From assembly GCF_030144855.1 (NCBI RefSeq), contig NC_082711.1:166780001-166844000 (forward strand): a stretch of 64,000 nucleotides of DNA, read 5' to 3'. Both the position numbers and the translations under genes were made by a program. A model generated the notes under the pieces. It was not told the DNA's origin, made no database searches, and saw only the letters and a list, made by a program, of their open reading frames with translations. The stretch comes from Hypanus sabinus (Eukaryota). Positions 38,601-49,634 of this stretch are shown piece by piece. Positions within the stretch are counted from its first letter, which is position 1. Each line of letters starts with the position of its first letter.

Positions 38601-39320
38601 TTAAAGAGTGTGGATAAACAAAGGGACTTTGGTGTTCAAATCCATACATCCCTCAAGGTCGCTGCACAGGTTGATAGGGTAGTTAAGAAGGCCTATGAGA
38701 TGCTAGGCTTCATTAATGGGGGATCGAGTTCAAGAGTAGAGAGGTCATGTTGCAACTCTACAAATCTCTGGTGAGACCGCACTTAGAGTATTGCGTTCAA
38801 TTCTGGTCACCTCATTATAGGGAGGATGTGGAAGCTATGGAGAGGGTGCAGAGGAGATTTACCAGGATGTTGCCTGGTTTGGAGAACAAGTCATATGAAG
38901 CAAGGTTAGCAGAGCTGGGACTTTTCTCTTTGGAGCGTAGAAGAATGAGAGGGGACTTGATAGAGGTCTACAAGATTGAGAGGCATAGATAGGGTGGATA
39001 GTCAGTGCCTGTTTCCCAGGGCACCAATAGCAAACACTAGAGGGCATATGTACAAAATTAAGGGAGGGAAGTTTAGGGGAGACATCAGGGGTAAGTGTTT
39101 TACACAGAGGGTTGTGAGTGCATGGAATGACTTGCCAGGAATGGTGGTGGAAGCTAAAACATTAGGAGTATTTAAGATACTCTTGGACAGACAAATGGAT
39201 GAAAGAAAAGTAGAGGGTTATGGGATAGTGTGGGTTTAGTGCATTTTTTTTAAGGATTATATGGGTCGGCACAACATGGAGGGCTGAAGAGCCTGTACTG
39301 TGCTATAGTGTTCTGTGGTT
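35655..39320 (+). mobile_element. CR1 LINE (EN C-terminus, RT, 3' UTR), split by a Rex insertion
   Basis: LDLVLGNEPGQV (EN), ORF 37700-38617 with PGPD-like motif, GVPQGSVLGPLLF and KFADD, (tagtg)n-like tail. Interrupted at ~36225-37556. Confidence 0.9.
36225..37556 (+). mobile_element. Rex/Babar LINE nested in CR1
   Basis: [45 protein letters not shown]; (TGAATCT)n tail at 37535-37556, after which the CR1 resumes. Confidence 0.88.
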
Positions 39321-39679
39321 CCGCAGGGGTTTTCATGTTATATATCAATGATTTGATGGCTTTGTGGCCAAGTTTGTGGACAATACAAAGATAAAGGGGT
39401 AGGTGGTGTTGAGGGAGCAGGAGTCTGCAGAAGGAGTTAGACAGGTTGGGAGATCGGGCAAAGAGGTGACAGGTGGATACAGAGTGGAGGGAAGGGTGCA
39501 GCAATGCACTTTGGTAGAAGGAATAAAGGCACAGACTATTTTCTAAACGAGGAGAAAATTCATAAAATAGAGCCGCAAAGCAATTTGAGAATCCTCAAGC
39601 AGGATTCCCTAAAGGTTAATTTGTAAATTAAGTTGGTGGTAAGGAAGCAAATGCAATGTTAGCATTCATTTCAAGAAGG

Positions 39680-42060
39680 GTAGAATATAATGCGTACTGT
39701 GTCAGGAATTCTTGAACACACCTGACAAATTCAGCCCCATCTATCCCCTTTGCACTCAGGAGGTGCCAGTCAATACGAGGGAAGTTGAAATCACCCATAA
39801 CTACTACCCTGTATTTTGTGCACCATTCTAAAATCTGCCTACTTATCTGCTCCTCGGTGTCCCGAGGGCTATTTGGGGGCCTATAGACTACTTCCAGCAC
39901 AGTGATTGATCCCTTCCTATTTCTGACTTCCACCCAGACTGACTCTGTGGACACTCCCTCTGCAGCATCCTCCCTTTCTATAGCCGTGACCAGCAATGCC
40001 ACTCCCCCCCCCCCTTTTTCTACCTCCCATCCTATTCCTTTTAAAACATCATCCAATCCTGCCCTTCCTCCAACCAAGTTTCAGTAACGGCCACAACATC
40101 GTAGTTCCACGTACTATTCCATGCTCTTAAGTTCATCCTCCTTGTTCCTAATACTCCTAGCATTGAAATAGACACATTTCAACCCTTTAACTGGCTACAA
40201 TTATGTTTCATCCCCTGCCTGTCCTTTCTCATCAACTCAGAACCCTTAGCGTCATGCCCTTGTCCTTCTACCTTAATCCCTGCACTCACATTCTGATTCC
40301 CATCCCCCGCCAAGCTAATTTAAACCCTCCCCAACAGCCCTATCAAACCTGCCCACCAGGATATTGATCCCCCTGGGATTCAAGTGCAATCCGTCCTTTT
40401 TGTACAGGTCACACGTGCCCCAAAAGAGGTCCCAATGATCCAGAAATCTGAATCCCTGCCCTCTGCTCCATTCCCTCAGCCACGCATTTATCCTGCACCT
40501 CATTCTATTCCTATGTAACCAGGAAGTTAGACGGGGAGATCCAGTGGATGTAGTGTACCTTGATTTTCAGAAGGCATTTGATAAGGTCCCACATAGGAGA
40601 TAGTTGGGTAAAATCAAAGCTCAGGGCATCGGGGGGAAGACATTGACATGGATAGAAAACTGGTTGGCAGATAGAAAGCAAAGGGTAGCGGTGAATGGGT
40701 GTTTTTCGGAATGGCAGGTGGTGACTAGTGGGATGCCCCAGGGCTCGGTTTTGGGACCACAGCTGTTTACAATTTACATCAACGATTTAGATGAAGGCAT
40801 TGAGAATAGCCTCAGCAAATTTGCTGATGATACTAAGCTGGGTGGCAGTGTGACATGTGATGAGGATGTTAGGAGAATTCAGGGTGACTTGGATAGGCTG
40901 GGTGAGTGGGCAGATACTTGGCAGATGACGTTTAATGTGAATAAGTGTGAGGTTATCCACTTTGGGAGTAAGAACAGGAAGGCAGATTATTATCTAAACG
41001 GTGTAGAGTTAGGTAAGGGGGAAATACAAAGAGATCTAGGAGTCCTTGTTCATCAGTCACTGAAGGTGAATGAGCAAGTGCAGCAGGCAGTGAAGAAGGC
41101 TAATGGAATGTTGGCCTTTATTACAAAGGGAATTGAGTACAAGAGCAAGGAAATCCACTTGCATTTGTACAGAGCCCTGGTGAGACCACACCTGGAGTAT
41201 TGTGTACAGTTTTGGTCTCCAGGGTTAAGGAAGGACATCCTGGCTGTAGAGGGAGTGCAGCGTAGATTCACGAGGTTAATTCCTGGGATGTCTGGACTGT
41301 CTTACGCAGAGAGGTTAGAGAGACTGGGCTTGTACACGCTGGAATTAAGGAGATTGAGAGGGGATCTGATTGAAACATTTAAGATTATTAAGGGATTGGA
41401 CAAGATAGAGGCAGGAAATATGTTCCAGATGCTGGGAGAGTCCAGTACCAGAGGGCATGGTTTGAGAATAAGGGGTAGGTCATTTAGGACAGAGTTAAGG
41501 AAAAACTTCTCCCAGAGAGTTGTACGGGTCTGGGACGCACTGCCTCGGAAGGTAGTGGAGGCCAATTCTCTGGATGCTTTCAAGAAGGAGCTAGATAGGT
41601 ATCTTATGGATAGGGGAATCAAGGGATATGGGGACAAGGCAGGAACTGGGTATTGATAGTAGATGATAAGCCATGATCTCAAAATGGTGGTGCAGGCTCA
41701 AAGGGCCGAATGGTCTACTTCTGCACCTATTGTCTATTGTCTATTCTCGCTGTTGCATGGCACAGGCAGTAATCTCGAGATTACTATCTTTGAGGTCTTG
41801 CATTTCAACTTCCTTCCTAACTCCCTACAGTCTTCTTTCTGGACCTCTTCCCTTTTCCTACCTATGTCATTGGTACCAATATGTACCATGACCTCTGGCT
41901 GTTCTCCCTCCCACTACAGGATATTTTGGACGTGATCAGAAGCATCCTGGACCCTGGCACCTGGGAGGCAAACTAACATCCAAGTTTCTTTCCTGTGTCC
42001 ACATAATCGCCTGTCTGACCCCCTGACTATAGAGTCCCCTATCACTATGGCCATCCTCTT
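39680..42060 (-). mobile_element. CR1 LINE (ORF1 esterase-like domain plus EN), split by a younger CR1
   Basis: RINAWLREWSRGQGFRFLDHWDLFW...DGLHLN (ORF1) and VVYRPPNS...VVMGDFNFP (EN). Confidence 0.85.
40515..41744 (+). mobile_element. Young 5'-truncated CR1 LINE
   Basis: Uninterrupted 350-aa RT/C-terminal ORF 40604-41656; (CTATTGT)n tail; host CR1 resumes at 41745. Confidence 0.92.
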
Positions 42061-42064
42061 CCTT

Positions 42065-42440
42065 TCCCTACCTAGAGGCACGGCTATCACTAGTCACTGG
42101 CAGCCAACCTGAAAAGGCCCCCTTTATTCCCACTCTTTTCTTCCTGCCAGTCAGCTGATCTTTTATCCGTGCTGGTATCTTTCCTGTAATACTATGGGAT
42201 CTTATCTTGTTAGGCAGCCTCATGTGTAGTACCTCATCAAAAATCCAAATAAACACCATCTCCTTTGTCTATCCTGCTTGTTATTTCCTCAAAGAATTCC
42301 TACAGATTTGTCAGGCAAGATTTCCTTTTAAGGGAACCATGCTGACTTTGGCCTATCTTGTCATGTGCCTTCAAGTACCCTGAGACCTCATCCTTTATAA
42401 TGGATTCCAGCTTCTTCTCAACCACTGAAGTCAGGCTAAC
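42065..42440 (-). mobile_element. CR1 RT fragment
   Basis: FDEVLHMRLPNKIRSH...RVGIKGAFSGWLPVTS. Confidence 0.7.
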
Positions 42441-42739
42441 TGGTCATTTATCTTAGTGCATGCGGCAGGGTTTGTTTAGGAAAAAGGCCGAGATATGCAT
42501 CCACATCACTCTATCTTGCTTGTGAGACAAAGTAGGTCTATGTGGTGCATAATGTAGATATTTTGGCAATTTCAAATTTAAGTGAATGCTTTCATGATTT
42601 TGCAAGAGACAGTGAAGTGGAGAAGATTGTCAAATATAGTTGTGCTTCTATTATTATAGGGACGAGAGAAGTATTTTCTCAAATGATATAAACATCACTG
42701 TAGACCCATCTTTGTATAATTTATTTATTATTCATTTAT

Positions 42740-42990
42740 TTATTGGGGTGCAATATGGAACTGGCCCTCCGCGCCACGCTGTCCAGCAGTCCCCTGATTT
42801 AACTCTGGCCTATTTCACGGGACAGTTTACATTGACTGATAAACCTACCAACCGGTGTGTCTTTGGACTGTGGGAGGAAACCGGAGCACCCGGAGGAGAC
42901 CCATGCGGTCACAGGGAGAAGGTTACAAGCTTCTTATAGGCAGCGACAGAAATCAAACCTGGATCACCTGTACTGTAAAGTGTTGTGCTA
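42740..42990 (-). mobile_element. V-SINE
   Basis: Antisense V-domain tgtgggaggaaaccggagcacccggaggagacccatgcggtcac. Confidence 0.75.
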
Positions 42991-43522
42991 ACCACTACAC
43001 TACTATAAGTGAAATTAATGGGTAGGGGTGCAAAGTAAAGATGTCAACACTGCTAATAGAAGTCAGTGTTTCATATGAAAGAGATACACATTTTGTCCTA
43101 TTATGTAGCACACTTCATAAATAAAATTGGACCAATATAGAAGCAATTCATACCAGGTCTACAAGAGAAGAACAATAGGTCACTAAGCACCTCAAGCCTG
43201 ACCTGCTGACCAGTGTCTTAATTGAATCCTTTGATCATGAAGGTCTACATAGCAGTACAGTACTGAGGGGATAGACCAATACTGGGTATGTTCGTCAACC
43301 ACTGACTTGGTCTCCAGAGTAAGGTTTGAACTGAGAGCTTCCTAACTAATGTGAGTTTGTTATGGCCAAAATTATTACAGACATTCCAGACGTGAGGGAA
43401 AAAATACGGATGTTGAGGCTGAAATACTCACAATCAGTACAAAGATATTCTTCAGCGAAGTGGTACATTGTTCAACCTTTGTTTAAAGATTTCCCTTTCG
43501 TTTCCTACTTTTCTTCCCTCAG

Positions 43523-43702
43523 GAATTGCACTGGCCGAGAATGGACATGTGCTTCCAAACAGAAAGCTGGATTGCATTTTTCGAGAAATGAGGGAAGATG
43601 ACGGGTTTTCTGTCGTAGGGCAAACAAACGTTTTGAGGAAGGCATTGCTGCTGTTTGGTGATTTTGATACAAATGAGGAAGCAATTCGTTTTAAAGTTAA
43701 AG
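43523..43702 (+). CDS. Tapasin-family gene exon 2 (N-domain part 1, editing-loop region)
   Basis: Acceptor ttttcttccctcag; RKLDCIFREM...RKALLLF...AIRFKVK; donor AG|GTAATG; 180 nt, phase 1/1. Confidence 0.85.
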
Positions 43703-43871
43703 GTAATGTGAAAACATCAAGCATTCTCTGCATTTAATTATCTGTGGCACACATCCATGGTGGTTCAAATAATTTGGGAAGTTGTTACTCTGCCACCTAA
43801 AACATCAAAATTTGCTTATTATATAAAACAAGCTTGTTAATTTTATTTCACTAGCGGATTTCCAGAGCTAT

Positions 43872-44026
43872 GCATAAACTTTTCTTGGACTTCCGGCTGT
43901 GTCTAGGGTCGATTTTAACTGACATTTTGATTACAGACTCTGCCATCTTCATTGGGGAGTTTGTCATCAAAACGCTGGTTAAAATCAATGCCTGAACCTA
44001 GCTGGAGGCCCAAGAAGAGTTTATGC
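43872..44026. repeat. ~155-bp imperfect palindrome, Penelope pLTR/hammerhead-like relic
   Basis: Begins GCATAAACTTTTCTTGGACTTCCGGCT and ends AGCTGGAGGCCCAAGAAGAGTTTATGC; ~70-bp arms. Confidence 0.7.
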
Positions 44027-44046
44027 GTCATATACGCCGGGTAAGT

Positions 44047-44320
44047 GTGACGCGTGGCCAAGTGGTTAAGGCGTTGGACTAACGATCTGGAGGTCATGAG
44101 TTCGATCCCCAGCTGAGGCAGTGTGTTGTGTCCTTGAGAAAGGCACTTAACCACACATTGCTCCATTCACCCAGCTGAAAATGGGTACCGGCAAAATGCT
44201 GGGGGTTAACCTCGCGATAGACTGGCGTCCTATCCAGGGGGGTCTCAGTCGCTTCACACCATGGAAATCAACATAAGCACCTGCCTGACAAACCTATAAG
44301 GCTTGGGATAGACTTAACAT
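44047..44320 (+). mobile_element. tRNA-SINE with MetaSINE-like central domain
   Basis: A box TGGCCAAGTGG, B box GAGTTCGATCC; core cacccagctgaaaatgggtaccggc...gatagactggcgtcctatccagggg. Confidence 0.65.
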
Positions 44321-44832
44321 ATGCTGGGAAAGCACTAGATCCTTTTTCCGAAGCTACTGTTCATGGTAAGTCAGTAGATGCTCTGATTGATAAGGCGAGG
44401 AGACAAAGCATGAGGAGGCACATTTCATTTTAACTAACCCACACTTTGGAAGATGGGCGAAATTGGGATTAAAGCAGGTATTAGCATCCAATGCAATTTG
44501 ATGTCTTGTGGTCGGAAAGCAATAATGGGATTTGGTGTAAGACTGACCAATTTTAACCAAGTTAGGAGGCCACACTTGGAATGTTGTGTACAATTTTAGT
44601 TACCCTATTATAGCAAGGGCCTCATTAGCAAATGCAAGTTAGATTTACAAGAACATTGCCAGATTTGTCTGTCCTGTTGGGTGCAGCCTGAAGTATATCC
44701 ATAAGAAACCAAATCTCAGGGTTGCATATGGTGTCATATATGTACCTTGATAATAAATTTGCTTTGAACTTTGCAAAGTTATGTACTGCCTTCCCTTTTA
44801 ACATAAATGGAATCCTTTCCTTTCACTTACAG

Positions 44833-45123
44833 ATTCTTCCTTAGACATATTCCAATATGTGGGCACAAAACCTGATGATTTGGAATGTGAGATTAGCCGT
44901 CATTCCACCTACGGATTCCATGCTCCCTGGCCACAGAAGGGTGAGGAGCAAGGTGAAGACAAATGGTTCACTGTGACTGTAAAGCACAGACATGGGAAGT
45001 TCACCGTAACTGGCTTCATGAGGAGGCTAAAAGCACCTAATCATGAGGACAAGAAGGAGCATGAAACTCCAACTGATGGTGAAGACCCACCCATTGGAGA
45101 CACAGACACTCTGTCAGTTCAAG
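44833..45123 (+). CDS. Tapasin-family gene exon 3 (N-domain part 2)
   Basis: LECEISRH...WPQ...WFTVTVKH matches the tapasin/TAPBPR CE(M/I)SR...W...WL/WF pattern. Acceptor ttcacttacag, donor AG|GTAATG; 291 nt. Confidence 0.88.
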
Positions 45124-45129
45124 GTAATG

Positions 45130-45455
45130 GGGCAGCATGGTAGCATAGTGTTAGCATAATGTTTTACAGCGCCAGCGACCCGGGTTCATTTCCTGCCGCT
45201 GTCTGTGAGGACGTACGTTCTCCCCTTGACCGCTTGGGTTTCCTCCGGGTGCTCTGGTTTCCTCCCACATTCCAAAGAGGTATGGGTTAGGGTTAGTAAG
45301 TTGTGGGCTTGCTATGCTGGTGGCAGAATTTGGGAGCTACCACCAGCGCATCCTCAGACTGCAATGGTCATTGACCCAAATGACCAAATGATGCATCTCA
45401 CTGTCTGCCTTGATGTTTTAATGTACATGTGACAAATAAAGGTAATCTTAATCTT
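45130..45455 (+). mobile_element. V-SINE immediately after the exon 3 donor
   Basis: A/B boxes, V-domain, tail gacaaataaaggtaatcttaatctt. Confidence 0.75.
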
Positions 45456-45519
45456 AAAGTTTATGTGGACCGAAGAAGTCCAATATAATTTGTTGAAACC
45501 TGTACAGGAAAAGATAGCA

Positions 45520-45960
45520 GCACACACACAAAATGCTGGAGGAACTCAGCAAATCAGACAGCATCTATGGAGATGAATAAACAGGCTGAGACCCTTCTTC
45601 AGGACTGAAAAGGAAGGGGTCAGATGCCAGAATAAGAAGGTAGGGGAGCAGAAGGTGGCTGGCTGGAAGGTGACAGGTGAAGCCAGGTGAAGGGCTGGAG
45701 AAGAAGGGCTGATAGGAGAGGAAAATGGAAAAAGGGAAGGAGGAGGGGGCCCAGAGGGAAGTGATAGGCTGATGAGAAGAGGTAAGAGACCAGGGTGCAA
45801 AATAGAGGAAGAGGGGACGGGACGGAAAATATTTTTTACCAGAAGGAGAAATCAATATTCATGCCATCAAGTTGGAGGCTACTCAGATGGAATATGAGCC
45901 GTTGCTTCTCCACCCTGAGGGTGGCCTCATCTTGGCACAAGAGGAGGCCGTGGATCACTG
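45520..45960 (-). mobile_element. Penelope-like 3' fragment
   Basis: pLTR motif and GA-rich segment matching 32550-33000. Confidence 0.7.
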
Positions 45961-46862
45961 TTTCAGGGTTTGCATTCTTTATTTTTGATCAATACTAAAG
46001 AGGATCCCTTAAGAATGCTAAAAAAAATGTTCTTTTCAACTGTAAAACTCTGCCATTTAGTTTTGTAATTTCAGTCATGATTTTGTGAAATGTGAGCCCT
46101 GTTTGTCACACTGACTAATTATACTTATTTCTGAAAGCATTATTGAACCTGCTTGGGGTGTAGTGCAGCTGGGGGTGGGGTGGGGTGGAGAGAGCAGTGA
46201 AACATGAGCAGCAACGGTCAATATTTAACATGCAGTTATTATTATTGCCTTTACAAATTTAGCTATGATTTATGATTGAAGCCAAAAGCTGATGTACTGT
46301 ACTTGCCTACAGAGTTTTTTAAAACAACACTGTATTGCCTGACAATGCTGATGGCCAGAAAATAAACGCATTCTGGCTGAACCAAAATAAAGAACTGTAC
46401 GATGCAAGCTTAAGTCAACACACACAAAATGCCGGAGGAACTCAGCAGGACAGGCAGCTTCAGTGGAAATGAATAAACAGTTGTCATTTTGGGCCGAGAC
46501 CCTCCTTCAGGACTGAGAAAGAAGGGGATAAATGCCAGAAGAAAAGCTGGTGCAAGGGAAAGGAGGATAGCTAGAGGGTGACAGGTGAAGCCAGGTGGGC
46601 TAGAAAGGTCAAGGGCTGGAGAGGAAGGAATCTGATAGGAGAGGACCATGGGAGAAAGGGAAGGAGGAGGGGTAAGAGATTCACCTCTTTGCTTCTACTC
46701 TGTGATTCAATGTGTTCAGTGATCAAATGTGATCATCCAAGCTTTGCTCATCCTTTGATCTCTTTTCCCTGTAGAAATATTCTAACTCATTTTTGTATCT
46801 ACTTAATAATTTGTCCTTGTAGGGCTTTGCATTGCAGTGATTCCACAGGAACACATAAGATC

Positions 46863-48650
46863 AAAAGTCCAGAAAAGAGTGTTATTTGATATTTTATATT
46901 TATTTTTTAATTGATCAAACAACATCAATATACCTCCTTCAAAACAATCACCTATATATTTAATCCCCTTTTGGAACCAATTATGTAAAAGTTTATTGTC
47001 CATTGTAAAAAGAATAAGCCCATTTTGGATTAAAGTTCTTTTTGCTAATAAAGATTTCTTTATCTCATCATCTATATTTACCTTATTCCATAAATCAATC
47101 AAGTGTCTTAATATAGGAGATTCTTTTTTTTCCCATATCCATTTGGATTCCCATTTATATATAAAATCTTCTGGTATATTTTCTCCTATCTTATCTAATT
47201 CTATTCTAATCCATGCCGATTTTTCTTCATCAAAAAAAGACGCAATAAATCGAAGTTGATTTGCTTTATAATAATTCTTAAAATTTGGAAGTTGTAACCC
47301 TCCTAGATCAAATTTACATGTCAATTTTTCCAATGATATTCTTGACATCTTACCTTTCCAAAGAAATTTCCTTACATATTTATTCAGTTCTTGAAAAAAC
47401 TTCTGAGGTAATTGTATTGGTAAATTTTGAAATAAATATTGCAACCTAGGAAATATATTCATTTTTACAGCGTTAACTCTACCTATTAATGTTATTGGTA
47501 ACATCATCCATTTATCAAGATCCTCTTATTTTTTTAATAATGGCAAATAATTTTGTTTATATAAATATTATAAATATAAATATATAAGTTTATATAAATA
47601 GCAAATAACACTCTTTTCTGTTATTTTCAATTAAGAGCCTATTTACGAGAAAAGCTGGGACAAACAATGTTGATGCCAAAACCTAGTGAAATAGAAATAT
47701 TGATTCAGAAAGGAAGAATTAAAAAATTTACATCTTGTATGTATAATTTGATTCAAAAGCAAATAATTAAATTAGGAATTCATAAATCAAGACAAAAATG
47801 GGAATCTGATTTGAATGTTAAAATTGATGGGAAAAACTGGTCAAGATTATGTTTTGATAGTATGAGAAATACAATAAATGTTCGACTTAGATGAATACAA
47901 TATAATTTTTTACATCAATTATATATAACACCACAGAAAATAAATAAATTAAATTCAAATATGTCTGACCAATGTTTTTGATGTAATCAAGAAATTGGTA
48001 CCTTTTTACATTCTACTTGGTCTTGTTTTAAAATTCAACCATTTTGGATAAATTTAAGACTTTTATTGGAACAAATTACTGGAGTATAACTTCCACATAG
48101 TCCACTATTATTTTTATTAGGAGACATTGAAGGGACAATACCGAAACTTAAATTGAACAAGTATCAGAAAAAATTTATAAAAATTGCATTGGCAGTAGCC
48201 AAAAAAGTTATCGCAGTTAGTTGGAAATCTGATTTATATTTAACTATGGATCATTGGAATAATGAAATACATAGTTGTATTTCATTTGAAAAAATTACGT
48301 ATAATTTAAGAAATGAATATGATATATTTTTGAAAATTTGGCTCCCATACTTACAAAAGATAAGATTAAATACTTAGGTCCTTTGAAGATAAAATTATAG
48401 TAATTGGGGAAAGTAAAAAATAAATATCAAAATTATTTTGAACTCCATGGAGCATGTGGGAATCCTCCGATATCCAGACAATCTTTCTGTTCTTTTTTTT
48501 TCTCTTTAGATAAGGGTTAAGGGGGCGGAGGGTTAAGGGGAGGGGGGAGGGTTAATATTATCTTTCTTACTATTTTACTTTTACATTTATTCTTTGTAAT
48601 TTTGAAAATTCAATAAATAAATATTAAATTTTTTTTTAAAAAGTCCAGAA
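46863..48650 (+). mobile_element. AT-rich L1-clade LINE with 5' inversion (twin priming)
   Basis: Inverted ORF2 segment 46870-~47566 (LPITLIGRVNAVKMNIFPRLQYLFQNLP) plus forward segment 47602-48640 (C-terminal GTFLHSTWSC-type motif, G-rich 3' UTR, AATAAA). TSD AAAAGTCCAGAA at 46863-46874 and 48639-48650. Confidence 0.9.
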
Positions 48651-48699
48651 GGCATGTAAATAGTTATATTAAAATGGTAAGCTTTTAGATAATTGGTCT

Positions 48700-49200
48700 A
48701 TAAGATATAGGAGCGAAATTACACCATTTGGCCCATTGAGTTTGCTCCACTATTCCATCATGGCTGATTTATTATCCCTCTCAATCCCATTCTTCTGCCT
48801 TCTCCCCATAACCTTTGATGCCCTTATTAATCAAGAACCTTTCAACCTCAGCTTTAAATACACCCAATGACTTGGCCTCCACAGCTGCCGGTGGTAATGA
48901 ATTCCACAGGTCCACCACCCTCTGGCTGAAGAAACTCCTCCTCATCTCTGTTCTAAAGGGATATCCTTGTATTCTGAGGCTATGCCCTCTGGTCCTCGAC
49001 AGCCACCACACTCCACGTCCACTCTATCTAGGCCTTTCAGTCTTTCACTAAGAACCCCGTTATTTTTCTGAACTGCGAGTACAGGCCCAGAGCCATCAAA
49101 CACTCCTTATACGATAACCCTTCCATCCCTGGTTTCATTCTTGTGAATCTCCTCTGGATCTTCCCCAATGCCAGTGCATTCTTCCTTAGATAAGGAACTG
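48700..49200 (-). mobile_element. CR1 LINE 3' part
   Basis: RTRGHSLRIQGYPFRTEMRRSFFSQRVVDLWNSLP. Confidence 0.8.
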
Positions 49201-49295
49201 CTCACAATATTCCGTGCCTTTATCTTTTGAGGTAAGTGAAATCTCAGTGTTCTAGTGAGTAACCAATGATTTGTTTATTTCTGTTTTTATGTTAG

Positions 49296-49634
49296 TGAAC
49301 TATATCGTTCACACAAGCACACCATTGATTATAACCAAACTGAATCAAGACCTGCTTCTGGACTGTGGCTTCAAGGTTGATCACAGTGCCGCTGTTAACA
49401 TTGACTGGAGGTATCAATACAAGGGGGTAAAGAAGAAATTGTTCTCCTACAATGGACGGACTCAGCGGATTGAAGACATTGAGAAGGGAGTTGAAGTATT
49501 CTTGGACCAGATCAAGAATGGGAATGCGTCCCTCCGCATAAGAAATATTAATATGAGCAAAGAAGGATTCTACACCTGTTTGGTTTATGTCCCTCCTCTC
49601 TTTGGTACACAGACCATGAGTGTGAAGATTATTG
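49296..49634 (+). CDS. Tapasin-family gene exon 4 (IgV domain)
   Basis: LLLDCGF...NIDWRYQYKG...GNASLRI...EGFYTC; acceptor tttttatgttag, donor G|GTAAGC; 339 nt. Confidence 0.92.

Noticed and set aside
36395-41682. Antisense ORFs such as 36395-37000, 38182-38526 and 41302-41682
   Set aside because: Shadow frames of Rex and CR1 reverse transcriptases.
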